From Labilithrix sp. (GTDB lineage: Bacteria > Myxococcota_A > Polyangia > Polyangiales > Polyangiaceae), in assembly GCA_044227045.1 (NCBI GenBank), contig JBGAFW010000002.1, positions 195,457-259,456 of the forward strand: 64,000 nt of DNA, read 5' to 3'. The notes beneath the pieces were generated by a model that saw only the letters and a program-made list of their open reading frames with translations, was not told where the DNA came from and ran no database searches. This document shows positions 38,080 through 47,901 of this stretch, piece after piece. Position 1 is the first letter of the stretch. Each line of letters starts with the position of its first letter. The position numbers were made by a program, and so were the translations under genes.

Positions 38080-40251
38080 TCAGCGACGAAGCGAGCGGGT
38101 GAGCGCGTCGTCAGCGCGCTTCGAGTCGACATTTCCGACGCAGAGCGTGGGGCCGGTGCGCGGGACGAACGCCACACGGCAGCGACCTCGCGTGCCCGGG
38201 ATGAGCGTGCCGAGGACGAAGTCGGCGCCGATCCCGATCGCGACGATGAGGAGCCCCACCACGAGGAGCGACGGCGAGGCGGCGCGGACGCCGTCGGCGA
38301 AGGCGCGGACGCCGATGTAGCTGCCGAGCGCGAGCGCGAACAAACCCGCGTAGAAGGCGGCGCGCGGGAAGCGCACCTCACGGACGACGCGGACGAGCCC
38401 GGTACGCAAGATGACATGCTCGCGCTCACGAAGCGTGCGGCCGAGGAGCTCGGTGCGCGTCTTCACGCGGATGCCCGACTCCGAGAACGAGACCTCGGCG
38501 GGGCGCTTGTACGCGAGCGCGAGGCGCGCGGTGAGCCGCACCACGTGCACGGCGAAGAGGATCCCGGTGAACGCGAGGAGCGTGGTCGCGACAGGACCAC
38601 GCGGCGTCGGGAGCATCTCGCCCTCGAGGCGCACCTCTTCGGGCATCGCGTGGTCGCCGGTGGCGAGGACGCGGAGGAGGACCGGGTCTTTGACCTCCTT
38701 CGTGAGCTCGACGCAGAGGGCCTTCGCGCGATCGGCGCCGGAGCCTGCGAGCGCGGCGCAGCCGACGATCGCCTCGCCGCGTCCGAGCGCGCCGCCTTTG
38801 CCGCGCTCGATCCGGCGAACGCGATCGGCGATGGCGGTCCAGAGATCCGCGGCCTCTTCGCCAAGCGCGCGATCGAGCAGGGGCGTGGCGTCGAACGGCG
38901 TGTGCGTCGCGAGCCAGAGGATGTCGCCCGCGAGGCGGTTCTCGTCTTCGGGCGTCTTCTTCGGAGACTCAGCGACCGCGTGCGCCCAGAGCGCGCACGC
39001 GAGGGACTTCTCGGCGGCGCCTTCGCCTCCGTTGCCGAGCACGTCGAGCGCGTTGCCAAAGCGCGTGTCGGCGTCCTCGCGCGTGAGCTTGTGCTCTTCG
39101 GCGGCGCTCAGCACCTTCGACGTGAAGTGCCACGACGTGATGCGTGACGCCGCGGCTTCGGTGATCACGCGATTCGCGATCGCGACGAGATCTCCGAGAC
39201 GCGCCGAGCGCGCGAGCAGCTCGTAGGCCGCGAGCGGACGCGCATCGCTCGGCTCCGCCACGACGTTTCGCTGCGAGGGCGCCTTCACGACCTCGGGTGG
39301 CAAGCCGAGCGCCGCGAGCTGGTCGCTGGCGCGCGCCACGATGGGCTCGTTGCGCGACGAGCTCTTCGCGACCGCGAGCGAGGAGTCGCTCGTGGCCTTC
39401 GCGGCCTTCGCTTCTTTGGCTTCGAGGATGCGGGCCTCGATCTCTTCGGTTGCCTTTTCGGCAAGCTCGTTCAGAGCCGGCGCGCTCTTCATGCGATCGG
39501 CGGCGCTGTCGAACTCGACCGCCGCGGTCTTGCCTTCTTTCTCGTTGGGAACCAGTGGGTTCCCAAGCCCTCCCGCGATCGCCATGCGCACCGACTCGAA
39601 CGCGCTCGCGGTCGCGGCGGCGGTCTTCTGCTTCGTCGACGATTCGCGGCGAGGCTCGGGCTCGGTGGAGGACGATGCGAGCGCCGACGAAGAAGACGCT
39701 GCGGGGACGGGGAGGGGTGGAGCGTTCGACATGCGTGTGGTCGGTGGAGCAGGCTCGACGGTCGGAGCGGACTGCGGCGCCTTCGGGATCGTGAGCGGTG
39801 CGTCTTCGAGCGTGGCGGTGTCGATCGCGCCAGCTTGTGCGTTTGGTCGCGACGACGGCGCGGCCGGCGGAACGGCGACCGCGGTCATCGCGCCGCTTCC
39901 TTTGCCCGCGTTCGGCGACTTCGACGCCGGCGGCGCGACGCCGATCAACGTCTGCGCGGCGAGCCTACGCTTCGCCTTGCGTGCCTCGATCGAGTCGGGC
40001 GCAGGCTCGGAGGCAGGCGCGGACGCCGCCATGTCTTTCGTGCTCGGCGCGGGCGGAATCGGGAGGGACTCCGAGCCGTGCGGTGACGTCGCGGGCGCCG
40101 ACTCGGTTTTGTCGTCGGCGCGCTCGTCCTCCGGCTTGCCTGAAGCGCTCGTCGTCGGCGCTGCGTCCGACTCCGTGGGCGCCTTGGCGGCGGCAGCGGC
40201 GTCGGCGTCGGGCGACTTGTCGGCGCTTTTCTCCGTCTCTGCTGTCGTCAT
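38080..40251 (-). CDS. Large (723 aa) low-complexity Ala/Pro/Ser-rich protein with two C-terminal TM helices
   Basis: The N-terminal two-thirds is low-complexity. C-terminus has LLAFTGILFAVHVV and LFALALGSYIG...LLVVGLLIVAIGIGA. Confidence 0.5.
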   Translation of the reverse strand: MTTAETEKSADKSPDADAAAAAKAPTESDAAPTTSASGKPEDERADDKTESAPATSPHGSESLPIPPAPSTKDMAASAPASEPAPDSIEARKAKRRLAAQTLIGVAPPASKSPNAGKGSGAMTAVAVPPAAPSSRPNAQAGAIDTATLEDAPLTIPKAPQSAPTVEPAPPTTRMSNAPPLPVPAASSSSALASSSTEPEPRRESSTKQKTAAATASAFESVRMAIAGGLGNPLVPNEKEGKTAAVEFDSAADRMKSAPALNELAEKATEEIEARILEAKEAKAAKATSDSSLAVAKSSSRNEPIVARASDQLAALGLPPEVVKAPSQRNVVAEPSDARPLAAYELLARSARLGDLVAIANRVITEAAASRITSWHFTSKVLSAAEEHKLTREDADTRFGNALDVLGNGGEGAAEKSLACALWAHAVAESPKKTPEDENRLAGDILWLATHTPFDATPLLDRALGEEAADLWTAIADRVRRIERGKGGALGRGEAIVGCAALAGSGADRAKALCVELTKEVKDPVLLRVLATGDHAMPEEVRLEGEMLPTPRGPVATTLLAFTGILFAVHVVRLTARLALAYKRPAEVSFSESGIRVKTRTELLGRTLREREHVILRTGLVRVVREVRFPRAAFYAGLFALALGSYIGVRAFADGVRAASPSLLVVGLLIVAIGIGADFVLGTLIPGTRGRCRVAFVPRTGPTLCVGNVDSKRADDALTRSLRR

Positions 40252-40496
40252 GGTGGGGTTGGGCGGCCTGCCTCGGCGAGGGCGCGGCGCGCCAGCGCTA
40301 CTTCAGCTCAGGGAACGAGAGAACAGCCGAGTCCATCGTCTAGCCGAACGCTTGCCGCGCGACCACTATTCTTCCCTAGTTTTCCCCTACATCCTGCTTC
40401 CCCACGTGCTTTGAGCGGAATCTTCTTGCGTTCGCGGACGAGCGCCGGTGCGTGGAAAATTTGGCCCAATCACGCGCGATCCAGTACCCCCACCGC

Positions 40497-40766
40497 ATGA
40501 AAGACAAGTCGGAAGTGATCGCGGACCTGCGGAGCATGCTGGCGGACGTCTTCACCGCCAAGGCGCAGGGCGAAGCTTACGGTCGACTCGCACGCGCGCA
40601 CGGCTACGTCGATGGCTACATGCGCGCCTTGCTCGAGCTCGGCTTCGTCTCGAAGGACGAGCTGCTCGACATCGTGAACGCCGAGCGCGAGCGCGCGAGC
40701 GGCCCCGCGATCCGCCCGATGGCGGAGATCGTCGGCGTCGCCGCTGCCGCTGTCGCAGCGGCCTGA
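40497..40766 (+). CDS. Small hypothetical protein
   Basis: Coherent composition and a sensible position after an AT-richer intergenic region. No homology recognised. Confidence 0.3.
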   Translation: MKDKSEVIADLRSMLADVFTAKAQGEAYGRLARAHGYVDGYMRALLELGFVSKDELLDIVNAERERASGPAIRPMAEIVGVAAAAVAAA

Positions 40767-40807
40767 TGGCCTGCGGCTCGCGCATGCGACTTGCTCGTGC
40801 CTAGGGC

Positions 40808-41233
40808 ATGAGCAGCCCCGAAAGCCAACCGCACCCGCAGAAGCTGACCGTCGACGGCGAGCGTAAGCCCGGCCGATCCTTCAGCGACCCGAGTCGCCCG
40901 CTGGGCGAAGACGTCATCGAGCGCGGAGATCCACTTGGTGGAAGCTCCGACGAAGGGATGTACGGTCGCTCGTCGATCCACGACAAGACGCAACACGGTG
41001 TGGCCGAACGCGCCAAGTGTGTCTCCGTCCTTCGCAAGGCCGAGGAGCTCATGGCGTCGGGCAACCCATCCGGCGCGACCGAAGAAGGACGCCGCCGCGC
41101 GATCGAGCTCGCCTGCGGCCGTGTTGGCGTGCGGGTCCACGAGTACGACGTGATGCTCGCGAACGACGAGGAGATCCAGTCGCTCCACAACGCGGTCATG
41201 GACGCCGCGCGCACGCACGGCGTGGAGATCTAG
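40808..41233 (+). CDS. Hypothetical protein (141 aa)
   Basis: Hydrophilic, non-artefactual composition. No homology recognised. Confidence 0.35.
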   Translation: MSSPESQPHPQKLTVDGERKPGRSFSDPSRPLGEDVIERGDPLGGSSDEGMYGRSSIHDKTQHGVAERAKCVSVLRKAEELMASGNPSGATEEGRRRAIELACGRVGVRVHEYDVMLANDEEIQSLHNAVMDAARTHGVEI

Positions 41234-41256
41234 AGGTTCGTGGGCCGCGCCGGTGG

Positions 41257-44200
41257 CTACGGCTCGACGAGCGTGACGTTGCCCTCGACGGTCTTGCTCG
41301 CGCGCGTCGACTGGCGCCACCACGCAGCGACCTTGCTCTCGCCCGGGACGAACTGCGGGAACGCGACCCAGCGGTTGTCCTGACCCGTCACGGTGCGGAG
41401 ATCCCACTTGTGCGAGGTGGGTGAGCTGCCGGTCCCGACGGCCTTGCGGAGGCCGAGCGAGGAGGAGTCGGCGTAGTAGATCGTCACGACGTCGCCGTCG
41501 ACGCGAATGACGGAGTCGTCGCCGACGATGTGCTTGCCGTCGGGGAACGTCTTGCCGTCGACGGTCGAGCCGTCATCGACGACCTCGGACTTGCCGGGCT
41601 TGCCGTCGTTCACCGCGATGTAGCGGAGCGACTCGTCGAGGCCGTTGACGTAGCTCACGTGCCACGTGCCGGTGCTCGCGATCGCGAGCGACGCTGCGAT
41701 GCCGACGTCGCCGGTGTCGATCGCCGTCTTGTCCTCGCGCTTGCCGGTCTCGCCGTCGAGGATGACGCGCTCCCACGGGATCGCGCCTCGATCGAGGAAG
41801 CCGATCAGGTTGCCGTGGTAGCCGTCGTACGCGACGAGGCCGAGGCCCTTCGGCCCGGTGGCGATGCTGATGAACGCGCCGAGCGCGCTCGGGTAGGTCT
41901 CGATCGCGCCTTGTTTGGCGAGGCAGGTGGCCTTGTTGTCCTTCGTGACGCAGGCCTGGCTGTCGGTGCATGCGGGCGCGCAGCCGCCGATGGTCTTCGT
42001 GCAGATGCCGGTCTCCTTGATGCACGCGTCGCCGCCGGTGCAGCTGTTCGCGCGGCAGGGCCCGTCTTCGTCGACCGCGATGTCTTCGAACCCGAAGTCT
42101 TCTGCGCCTTGCGGCTTGTCGGTCTTCGCGCGTGCGAGGACGATCTTCGAGCGCGTGCGGCCGCCGTTTCCCGGCTCGATGTGCATGTACGCGATGACCG
42201 GCTTGCCATCGACGAGCACCATCTTGCCGTATTTGCCGATGTCGGCGCCGGCTTGCTCTTTGAGGACGGAGATCTTCCAGCCGTCGTCCTTCGTCTTCAC
42301 CGCGAGCTTCAGGCGGTGGTTCGTGTCGTCGTAGTAGCTCACCATCGGCAGATCGTCTTTGTCGAGCTGGATCGAGGTGTAGCGGCCGACGTTGTCACCC
42401 GAGTCGACTTCGCCCTTGCGCCAGCCATACGGCTCGTAGCCGGGGCACGTGCCGTCGGTGCGTGCCGGGATGCCGTCGACGGTCTCCCAATCGACCTCTT
42501 TCTTGCCGAGGTCGTACTTGCCGACGACGAGGTCGCCCCAGAGGAGCGAGTCGCCTTCGGAGAGCATCGAGTCGTTGTAACCGGCCGCCCAGATCGTCCC
42601 GTCCTTCGCCTTCGCGACGGAGAGGTACGCGCCGGGCTGACCATGGCCGAGGCCCGTCGAGCACGGCTGGTTGCAGTCGGAGCCGCATCCGGTCTGCGGA
42701 TCCGCTTCGCTTCCGCAGGCGCAGCCTTGGCTCGTCGCGGCGACGGCGCTGATCGCGCCGATGGCGAGGCCAGCGCGCGTGGCGATGCCGCGCCATGACG
42801 ACGGCGTGGAGGAGGCGATGACGTCGCCGCTGCGACGCGAGCGACGTGCGAGCACGATCGCGAGCGCGCCGAGGCCGACGAGGACCGCGACGAGGCCGCC
42901 GTTGTCGCTCGTGCCCGGCGTCGAGCAGCCGCAGCCGGAGCCCGCCGCCGCGATCGTCGGATCCGCCGCGCCGCGAAGCGCCTGGCGAACCGTGCCGATG
43001 TTTCCTTCTTCGTCTTTGACCTCGACGTTCACCGAGGCCGCGTTCGGGGCCTCGATGCGCGCGAGCTCGCTGAGGCTCTTCCACTCGCTCCACGCCTGGT
43101 TGTCGACCTGGTAGCGCGCGGTGAGGGCCTCGGGCTTCGAGACGATGTCCCACGCCTTCAGCGTGAGCGCGCGGCTGTCGTGCGGATCCTTCTCGAGCTT
43201 CACGAACGGCGCGAGCGCGTCGATGACGTACTCGATGTCGGCGGGCGTGCCGTCCTCGGTGTTCGGCTGACCCACGACGCGCGCGGCGGTGTGGAGCGTG
43301 TGCTTGCCTTGGACGAAGAGCTGATCGTCCTTGATGACGATGTGCTTCTCGGTCGACCACGGCGAGCGCGTGCCGCTGTCGATCCACCACGAGTACTCGA
43401 CGGGGTGAACGGTGTCGCCGTCGAGCGACGACGACAGCTCGACCTCGAGCTCGGGGAGCTTGTCGGCTTCGTAGGTCCACGCCTGGAGGTGATCCTTCCA
43501 GACCTTCTTGCCGAGGAGCTTCGCGCGGGTGTCGACCTCGATCGACGCGGTGCTCGCCTTCGAGAGCGTCGAGAAGATGCCGACGAAGTCATCGGTGTCC
43601 TTCGTGAGCTTCTTGATCTCGTTGACCTCGAGGCTGAGGCCGAGGCTCGCGACCGCGCCGGAGATGTCGATCGGCGAGAAGCCGCCGCCGACGAGCTGCT
43701 TCGACACGGTGCCGAAGATGCCGCTGACGGCGCCCGCGACCACGTCCGGGTTGTCCATGAGGAGGATGTCGGCGTTCGAGATCTTGCCGTTCGTGACCTT
43801 GATCTCGCCGAGCGACGGCACGAGCCCGCCGTTCGGGTTGCTTGGGCCCTTCGCTGTTTGGAGCGTGACGGGGATCGTCAGGTCGCCCGTGTACGTGAAG
43901 ACGCGCGCGAAGCGATCGAAGCTCCAGATGTAGAAGTCGATCGCGAGCTCGGGGATCGTCACCATCAAGAGCGGGTCGGTGTTCTTGTCGTTGCCAGTGC
44001 CGATCTTCACCTGCGGCGGCTTCTGCGGGCGCGTCGCGATCGCCGCGGCGGCGTCGGACTGCTCGAACGTGAGCGACTTCAACGACGGGATGAGGAGCGA
44101 GAGGAGACCGCTCTTCAACATGTCGAACTGCTCGGTCGACACGCCGAGGCACAAGAGGCCGCTGTTGTAGACGCTGGTGAACGAGTAATCGAGGAAGCGG

Positions 44201-45489
44201 CCCGAGAGCGCGATACCCACGTGGGGCGCGCCCGCGGCCTCGGCGGCCTTCGGCGCGAGCTCGTCGGGGATCGGGATGCCGGTCGGGGGCGTGACGGGCT
44301 TCTGGACGACGCACTTCGACGTCGGTTGCGGGAGGACGCCGCCGACCATGCCGAGCGTGACGCCGTTCTTCGTGCGCCCCGACGCCTCGGCGTTGAGGTT
44401 CGGGTGCGGCTGCATCGCGCCGAACGAGCCGATGCCGAAGTCGACGCCGCCCGCCGTGCTCGGCGAGAACGACTTCAAGAGGCCGCCGAGCTCGACGTGC
44501 GAGTCGGTGCCGAGGAGCATCGGGACGCACTTCGCCTTGTCGGTGTCGTAGACGCAGTGCTTGTTCTCGGCGTCGGGGCTCGTGTCCGTCGGGCACGACG
44601 GGTTCAGCGTGGGGATCGGCTTCGTGCAGAGCTGGTCTTTGAGGAGGCTCCGAACCTGATCGGTGAGGCCCTTCTTGAGCGGGTCGACGACGAGGCCCTT
44701 CACGAAGCCGGAGTTCGTGATCGCGCTGCACACGTCGGTGGCGAAGCCGCACGACGAGCAGACCTTCACGTCATCGGACGAGAGGCCGGAGAGATCGATG
44801 TCGGCGTTGTCGATGTCGATCTTCGTGTAGCCGGTGCGCGGGGCCGTGGTCTCCGCGACGAGCGGGATCGTGATCCCGATCGGGAGCGCCTTCGGCGTGA
44901 CGTTGGGCTTGCCGTCGCTGCATCCGCCGTTGCCGTAGCCGATGTGGAGCGTGATCGAGCCGATGTCGAACGTGCCGCCGACGATCGGGTCGCCTTTGAT
45001 CGTCGCCTCGATCGGGGTGTCTTCGAGCTCGAGGGGAATCGTCGCGATGACCTTGATCGCGTTCGGCTTCACCGAGTCGATCTGGAACGTCGACTTGCCG
45101 ATGCCGACGCCTGCGTGGCACTTCGGCGGGGTCGCCGCCGGGTTCGGACCGCCAGGGCACACGTTGGGGTCGAGGAGGATCTTGCCGATGCCGAGGTTCG
45201 CGATCTGCGAGCTCGGAGGATCGATCGCGGGGATGTCGAAGCCGAGCGTGCCGTTCGGCGCGTTCGTGAGCTTCGTCGCGATGGCGGGCAGCTCCTTCTC
45301 GATGAAATCGAGGCCGGGTCGCGAGACGCGAACCGACGCTGCGTTCTCGACGGCCTTGTCCGTCGGGAAGCCACCCGGCAGCGGGGTCATCCCCGCGCAG
45401 CCACCGCAACCACCGCATCCGCCGCCGCTACACGAAGCGATCAGCAGAAAGAAGACGACGCCAAAGACATGGCGGAAACGTGAAAGCAT
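41257..45489 (-). CDS. Giant secreted lipoprotein ORF. As sequenced it fuses (A) an N-terminal ~880-aa lipoprotein ending in a MYXO-CTERM-like sorting motif to (B) a ~520-aa beta-propeller-type lipoprotein with its own signal peptide. Probably two genes (A about 42834-45489, B about 41257-42822).
   Basis: N-terminal lipobox FLLIASCSGG. Internal GSGCGCSTPGTSDNGGLVAVLVGLGALAIVLARRSRRS (MYXO-CTERM tripartite pattern) at about 42834-42944. It is immediately followed by RGIATRAGLAIGAISAVAATSQGCACG (lipoprotein signal). No in-frame stop lies between the two. Confidence 0.6.
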   Translation of the reverse strand: MLSRFRHVFGVVFFLLIASCSGGGCGGCGGCAGMTPLPGGFPTDKAVENAASVRVSRPGLDFIEKELPAIATKLTNAPNGTLGFDIPAIDPPSSQIANLGIGKILLDPNVCPGGPNPAATPPKCHAGVGIGKSTFQIDSVKPNAIKVIATIPLELEDTPIEATIKGDPIVGGTFDIGSITLHIGYGNGGCSDGKPNVTPKALPIGITIPLVAETTAPRTGYTKIDIDNADIDLSGLSSDDVKVCSSCGFATDVCSAITNSGFVKGLVVDPLKKGLTDQVRSLLKDQLCTKPIPTLNPSCPTDTSPDAENKHCVYDTDKAKCVPMLLGTDSHVELGGLLKSFSPSTAGGVDFGIGSFGAMQPHPNLNAEASGRTKNGVTLGMVGGVLPQPTSKCVVQKPVTPPTGIPIPDELAPKAAEAAGAPHVGIALSGRFLDYSFTSVYNSGLLCLGVSTEQFDMLKSGLLSLLIPSLKSLTFEQSDAAAAIATRPQKPPQVKIGTGNDKNTDPLLMVTIPELAIDFYIWSFDRFARVFTYTGDLTIPVTLQTAKGPSNPNGGLVPSLGEIKVTNGKISNADILLMDNPDVVAGAVSGIFGTVSKQLVGGGFSPIDISGAVASLGLSLEVNEIKKLTKDTDDFVGIFSTLSKASTASIEVDTRAKLLGKKVWKDHLQAWTYEADKLPELEVELSSSLDGDTVHPVEYSWWIDSGTRSPWSTEKHIVIKDDQLFVQGKHTLHTAARVVGQPNTEDGTPADIEYVIDALAPFVKLEKDPHDSRALTLKAWDIVSKPEALTARYQVDNQAWSEWKSLSELARIEAPNAASVNVEVKDEEGNIGTVRQALRGAADPTIAAAGSGCGCSTPGTSDNGGLVAVLVGLGALAIVLARRSRRSGDVIASSTPSSWRGIATRAGLAIGAISAVAATSQGCACGSEADPQTGCGSDCNQPCSTGLGHGQPGAYLSVAKAKDGTIWAAGYNDSMLSEGDSLLWGDLVVGKYDLGKKEVDWETVDGIPARTDGTCPGYEPYGWRKGEVDSGDNVGRYTSIQLDKDDLPMVSYYDDTNHRLKLAVKTKDDGWKISVLKEQAGADIGKYGKMVLVDGKPVIAYMHIEPGNGGRTRSKIVLARAKTDKPQGAEDFGFEDIAVDEDGPCRANSCTGGDACIKETGICTKTIGGCAPACTDSQACVTKDNKATCLAKQGAIETYPSALGAFISIATGPKGLGLVAYDGYHGNLIGFLDRGAIPWERVILDGETGKREDKTAIDTGDVGIAASLAIASTGTWHVSYVNGLDESLRYIAVNDGKPGKSEVVDDGSTVDGKTFPDGKHIVGDDSVIRVDGDVVTIYYADSSSLGLRKAVGTGSSPTSHKWDLRTVTGQDNRWVAFPQFVPGESKVAAWWRQSTRASKTVEGNVTLVEP

Positions 45490-45775
45490 GAACTTCCTCC
45501 TCCTCGTGACCGCGCCAGCTCTCAAGCAAAGTCTAGCGGTCGCCTCGCGAGAGCCCGGCAAGGTCTCGATCAAAGCGCCTCGCGACCTATCCACATCGTG
45601 ACAGATGCGCGAGCAATCACCACTCCCAACACGACCCGAACGAGGGGCCGAAAATCATGACGATTTCGGCGTCCTCAACCCAAAAGAGGCCTTACCACGG
45701 GAGGCGTGGCCGATTTCCGGAAATCGTGCGCTGTGGCTCCTCATGAGACGGAGCCTTGATGCACAGCGTCAACGG

Positions 45776-46927
45776 TCAGTCCGCGTCCGAGGCATCTGCT
45801 GCGTCGCTCGCGTCCGTCGTGGTCGCGTCGGCGTCCGCGCCTCCATCCAAACCGCCCGTTGACAGACCCGAACAGCCGTCCACGCTGCCTTTGCCGTCGA
45901 AGATCTTGGCGGCGCTCGCGGCGAACGTCGCGGCGAGCCACACGCTGTCCTGGCAGGAGCCGGGCGCTTTGTCGGTCGAGCAGTAGTCGCCTTTGAAGGT
46001 GATCTTGCCAGCGCCGTCGCGCGGACAGACGAGCCCGGCTTCTGACGCCAAGAAGGCACACAGCGACTTGTTGTTGAGGTCCCGGATCTTGACCGCGTCG
46101 GCTTGCTCGAGCGTGATGAAGCCGCCGAGCGAGCCCGCGGTGTTCCACTTCGGGCACAGCTCGCGGTCTTCGGTGCACGACGTGTCGAGCGCGGCGGCGT
46201 TGAACGCGCCGATGCAGTTGCCGTCGGGGGACAGCGAGACATTCTCGATGCGCGCGTCGCTGATCGGCAAAATGATCGCGCTCTCGAGCTTCTCGGAGAG
46301 GAAGATCGGGATGTTCACGCTCGCGCGCTCGAGCGTCTTGAACGTGTTGCCCTTGATCTCGATCTTGACGTTGAGCGGCTCGACCTTCGTGTTGTTGAGC
46401 GTGAAGCTCGCGAAGCAGAAGCCCTTGCCGGTCGGATCGGTCGAGGGAGGCGCGCCGCCCGTGAGGAGCGTGTTGTTCTTCTTGTCGACCCGAAGGATCC
46501 ACGTGAAGAGGCCGGTGCCGTTCTCGGCGCACGTGGGCTCGGCGAGGTCGATGCCTCGGTTGACCACGTTGTTTTGGATGAACGACCCTGCGAGCGGCGC
46601 CGGCGCGGCGATGTTCAGCCGGCGCATCCGAAGGTCGAGGATGTCTTTGCCCTTGTTGTCGCCGATCGGAAGGCAGGTGGCGGTCGGTCCGCAGCGCGCC
46701 GTGTCGATCACGCATCCGCTCCCCGAGCACGACTTCTGCGAGTTGTCGCAGTCGGGAGGCGGAAGGTCACCAGGCTTCGCCTCGCACGCGCCGCCGCCGC
46801 CGCTCGCCGCCTGCTCGGGCGACGTGCGAAGGTGGTCATCGTCGCAGGCGAGCGCGATGAGCGTGGCCGCGGCGCCGAGCGCGCCGAGCGCGAGGATCGA
46901 GACGAGTCGGTTCGAAGGGGCGCGCAT
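45776..46927 (-). CDS. Secreted Cys-rich lipoprotein (hypothetical)
   Basis: Lipobox LIALACDDD. Asp/Ala-rich C-terminal tail. Confidence 0.6.
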   Translation of the reverse strand: MRAPSNRLVSILALGALGAAATLIALACDDDHLRTSPEQAASGGGGACEAKPGDLPPPDCDNSQKSCSGSGCVIDTARCGPTATCLPIGDNKGKDILDLRMRRLNIAAPAPLAGSFIQNNVVNRGIDLAEPTCAENGTGLFTWILRVDKKNNTLLTGGAPPSTDPTGKGFCFASFTLNNTKVEPLNVKIEIKGNTFKTLERASVNIPIFLSEKLESAIILPISDARIENVSLSPDGNCIGAFNAAALDTSCTEDRELCPKWNTAGSLGGFITLEQADAVKIRDLNNKSLCAFLASEAGLVCPRDGAGKITFKGDYCSTDKAPGSCQDSVWLAATFAASAAKIFDGKGSVDGCSGLSTGGLDGGADADATTTDASDAADASDAD

Positions 46928-46941
46928 TGGGCTGGAGAACG

Positions 46942-47877
46942 CTACTCGATCACCGAGATGGGACCACCCGTCTCGACCAGCGTCGTGAACTGCTCCATGC
47001 GCTTGTTCAAGTCGGCCGGGCCGACGTCGAGCAGGCGCTTCGGGCCGATGCCTTCGACGCAGAACGAGCCGAGCGCGGAGCCGAAGTAGATCGCCCGGCG
47101 GACCGTCTGCGGATCGACTGCGCCAGCGCGCGCGATGTAGCCGATGAGGCCGCCTGCGAACGAGTCTCCTGCGCCGGTCGGATCCACGACGTCTTCGAGC
47201 GGGTAGGCGGGCGCGAAGAACACGCCGGCGTCGTCGAAGTAGAGGGCGCCGTGCTCGCCGCGCTTGATGATGAGGCGCGACGGTCCGCGCTTGCGGATGT
47301 CGGCCGCGGCCTTCACGAGGTTGTGGATGCCGGTGAGATCGCGCGCCTCCTCGTCGTTGATGACGAGCATGTCGATCTTCGCGAGCACCTCACCGAGGAG
47401 CTTCGGCTCTCCGGTGATCCAGAAGTTCATCGTGTCCGCGATGACGAGCTTCGGCTTGTCGACCTGCGCGAGCACCTCGAGCTGGAGCGCCGGGTGGATG
47501 TTGCCGAGCAGGACGTACGGAGACGATCGGAACTGCGGCGGGATCTTCGGGCGAAAATCCGCGAAGACGTTCAGCTGGGTGTCGAGCGTGGTGCGGCTTG
47601 CGAGGTCGTGCGAGTAGCGCCCGCGCCAGCGGAACGTCTTGCCGTTCGCGTGCTCGACGCCGGCGGTGTCGACGCCGCGCTTCTTCAGGTCTTCGAGGAC
47701 GGCCGCGGGGAAATCGTTTCCGACGACGCCGACGAGGCGGACCGAGGTGAGCATCGACGCCGTGATGGACGAGTACGTCGCGGCGCCACCGAGCACGTCG
47801 TTGAACGTGCCGGACGGCATCTCGAGATCGTCGAACGCAAGCGAGCCAACGATGAGGGCGGGTGCTTTTTGAACCAT
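46942..47877 (-). CDS. PfkB-family carbohydrate/nucleoside kinase (ribokinase superfamily)
   Basis: DPTGAGDSFAGG ATP-binding signature. N-terminal GG substrate motif. Confidence 0.85.
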   Translation of the reverse strand: MVQKAPALIVGSLAFDDLEMPSGTFNDVLGGAATYSSITASMLTSVRLVGVVGNDFPAAVLEDLKKRGVDTAGVEHANGKTFRWRGRYSHDLASRTTLDTQLNVFADFRPKIPPQFRSSPYVLLGNIHPALQLEVLAQVDKPKLVIADTMNFWITGEPKLLGEVLAKIDMLVINDEEARDLTGIHNLVKAAADIRKRGPSRLIIKRGEHGALYFDDAGVFFAPAYPLEDVVDPTGAGDSFAGGLIGYIARAGAVDPQTVRRAIYFGSALGSFCVEGIGPKRLLDVGPADLNKRMEQFTTLVETGGPISVIE

Positions 47878-47901
47878 GATGGGTATGTCTCGGCGGGCAG
47901 C

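Noticed and set aside
43180-45483. 767-aa plus-strand ORF
   Set aside because: It is antisense to the giant lipoprotein gene and has R/D/E/V-rich artefact composition.
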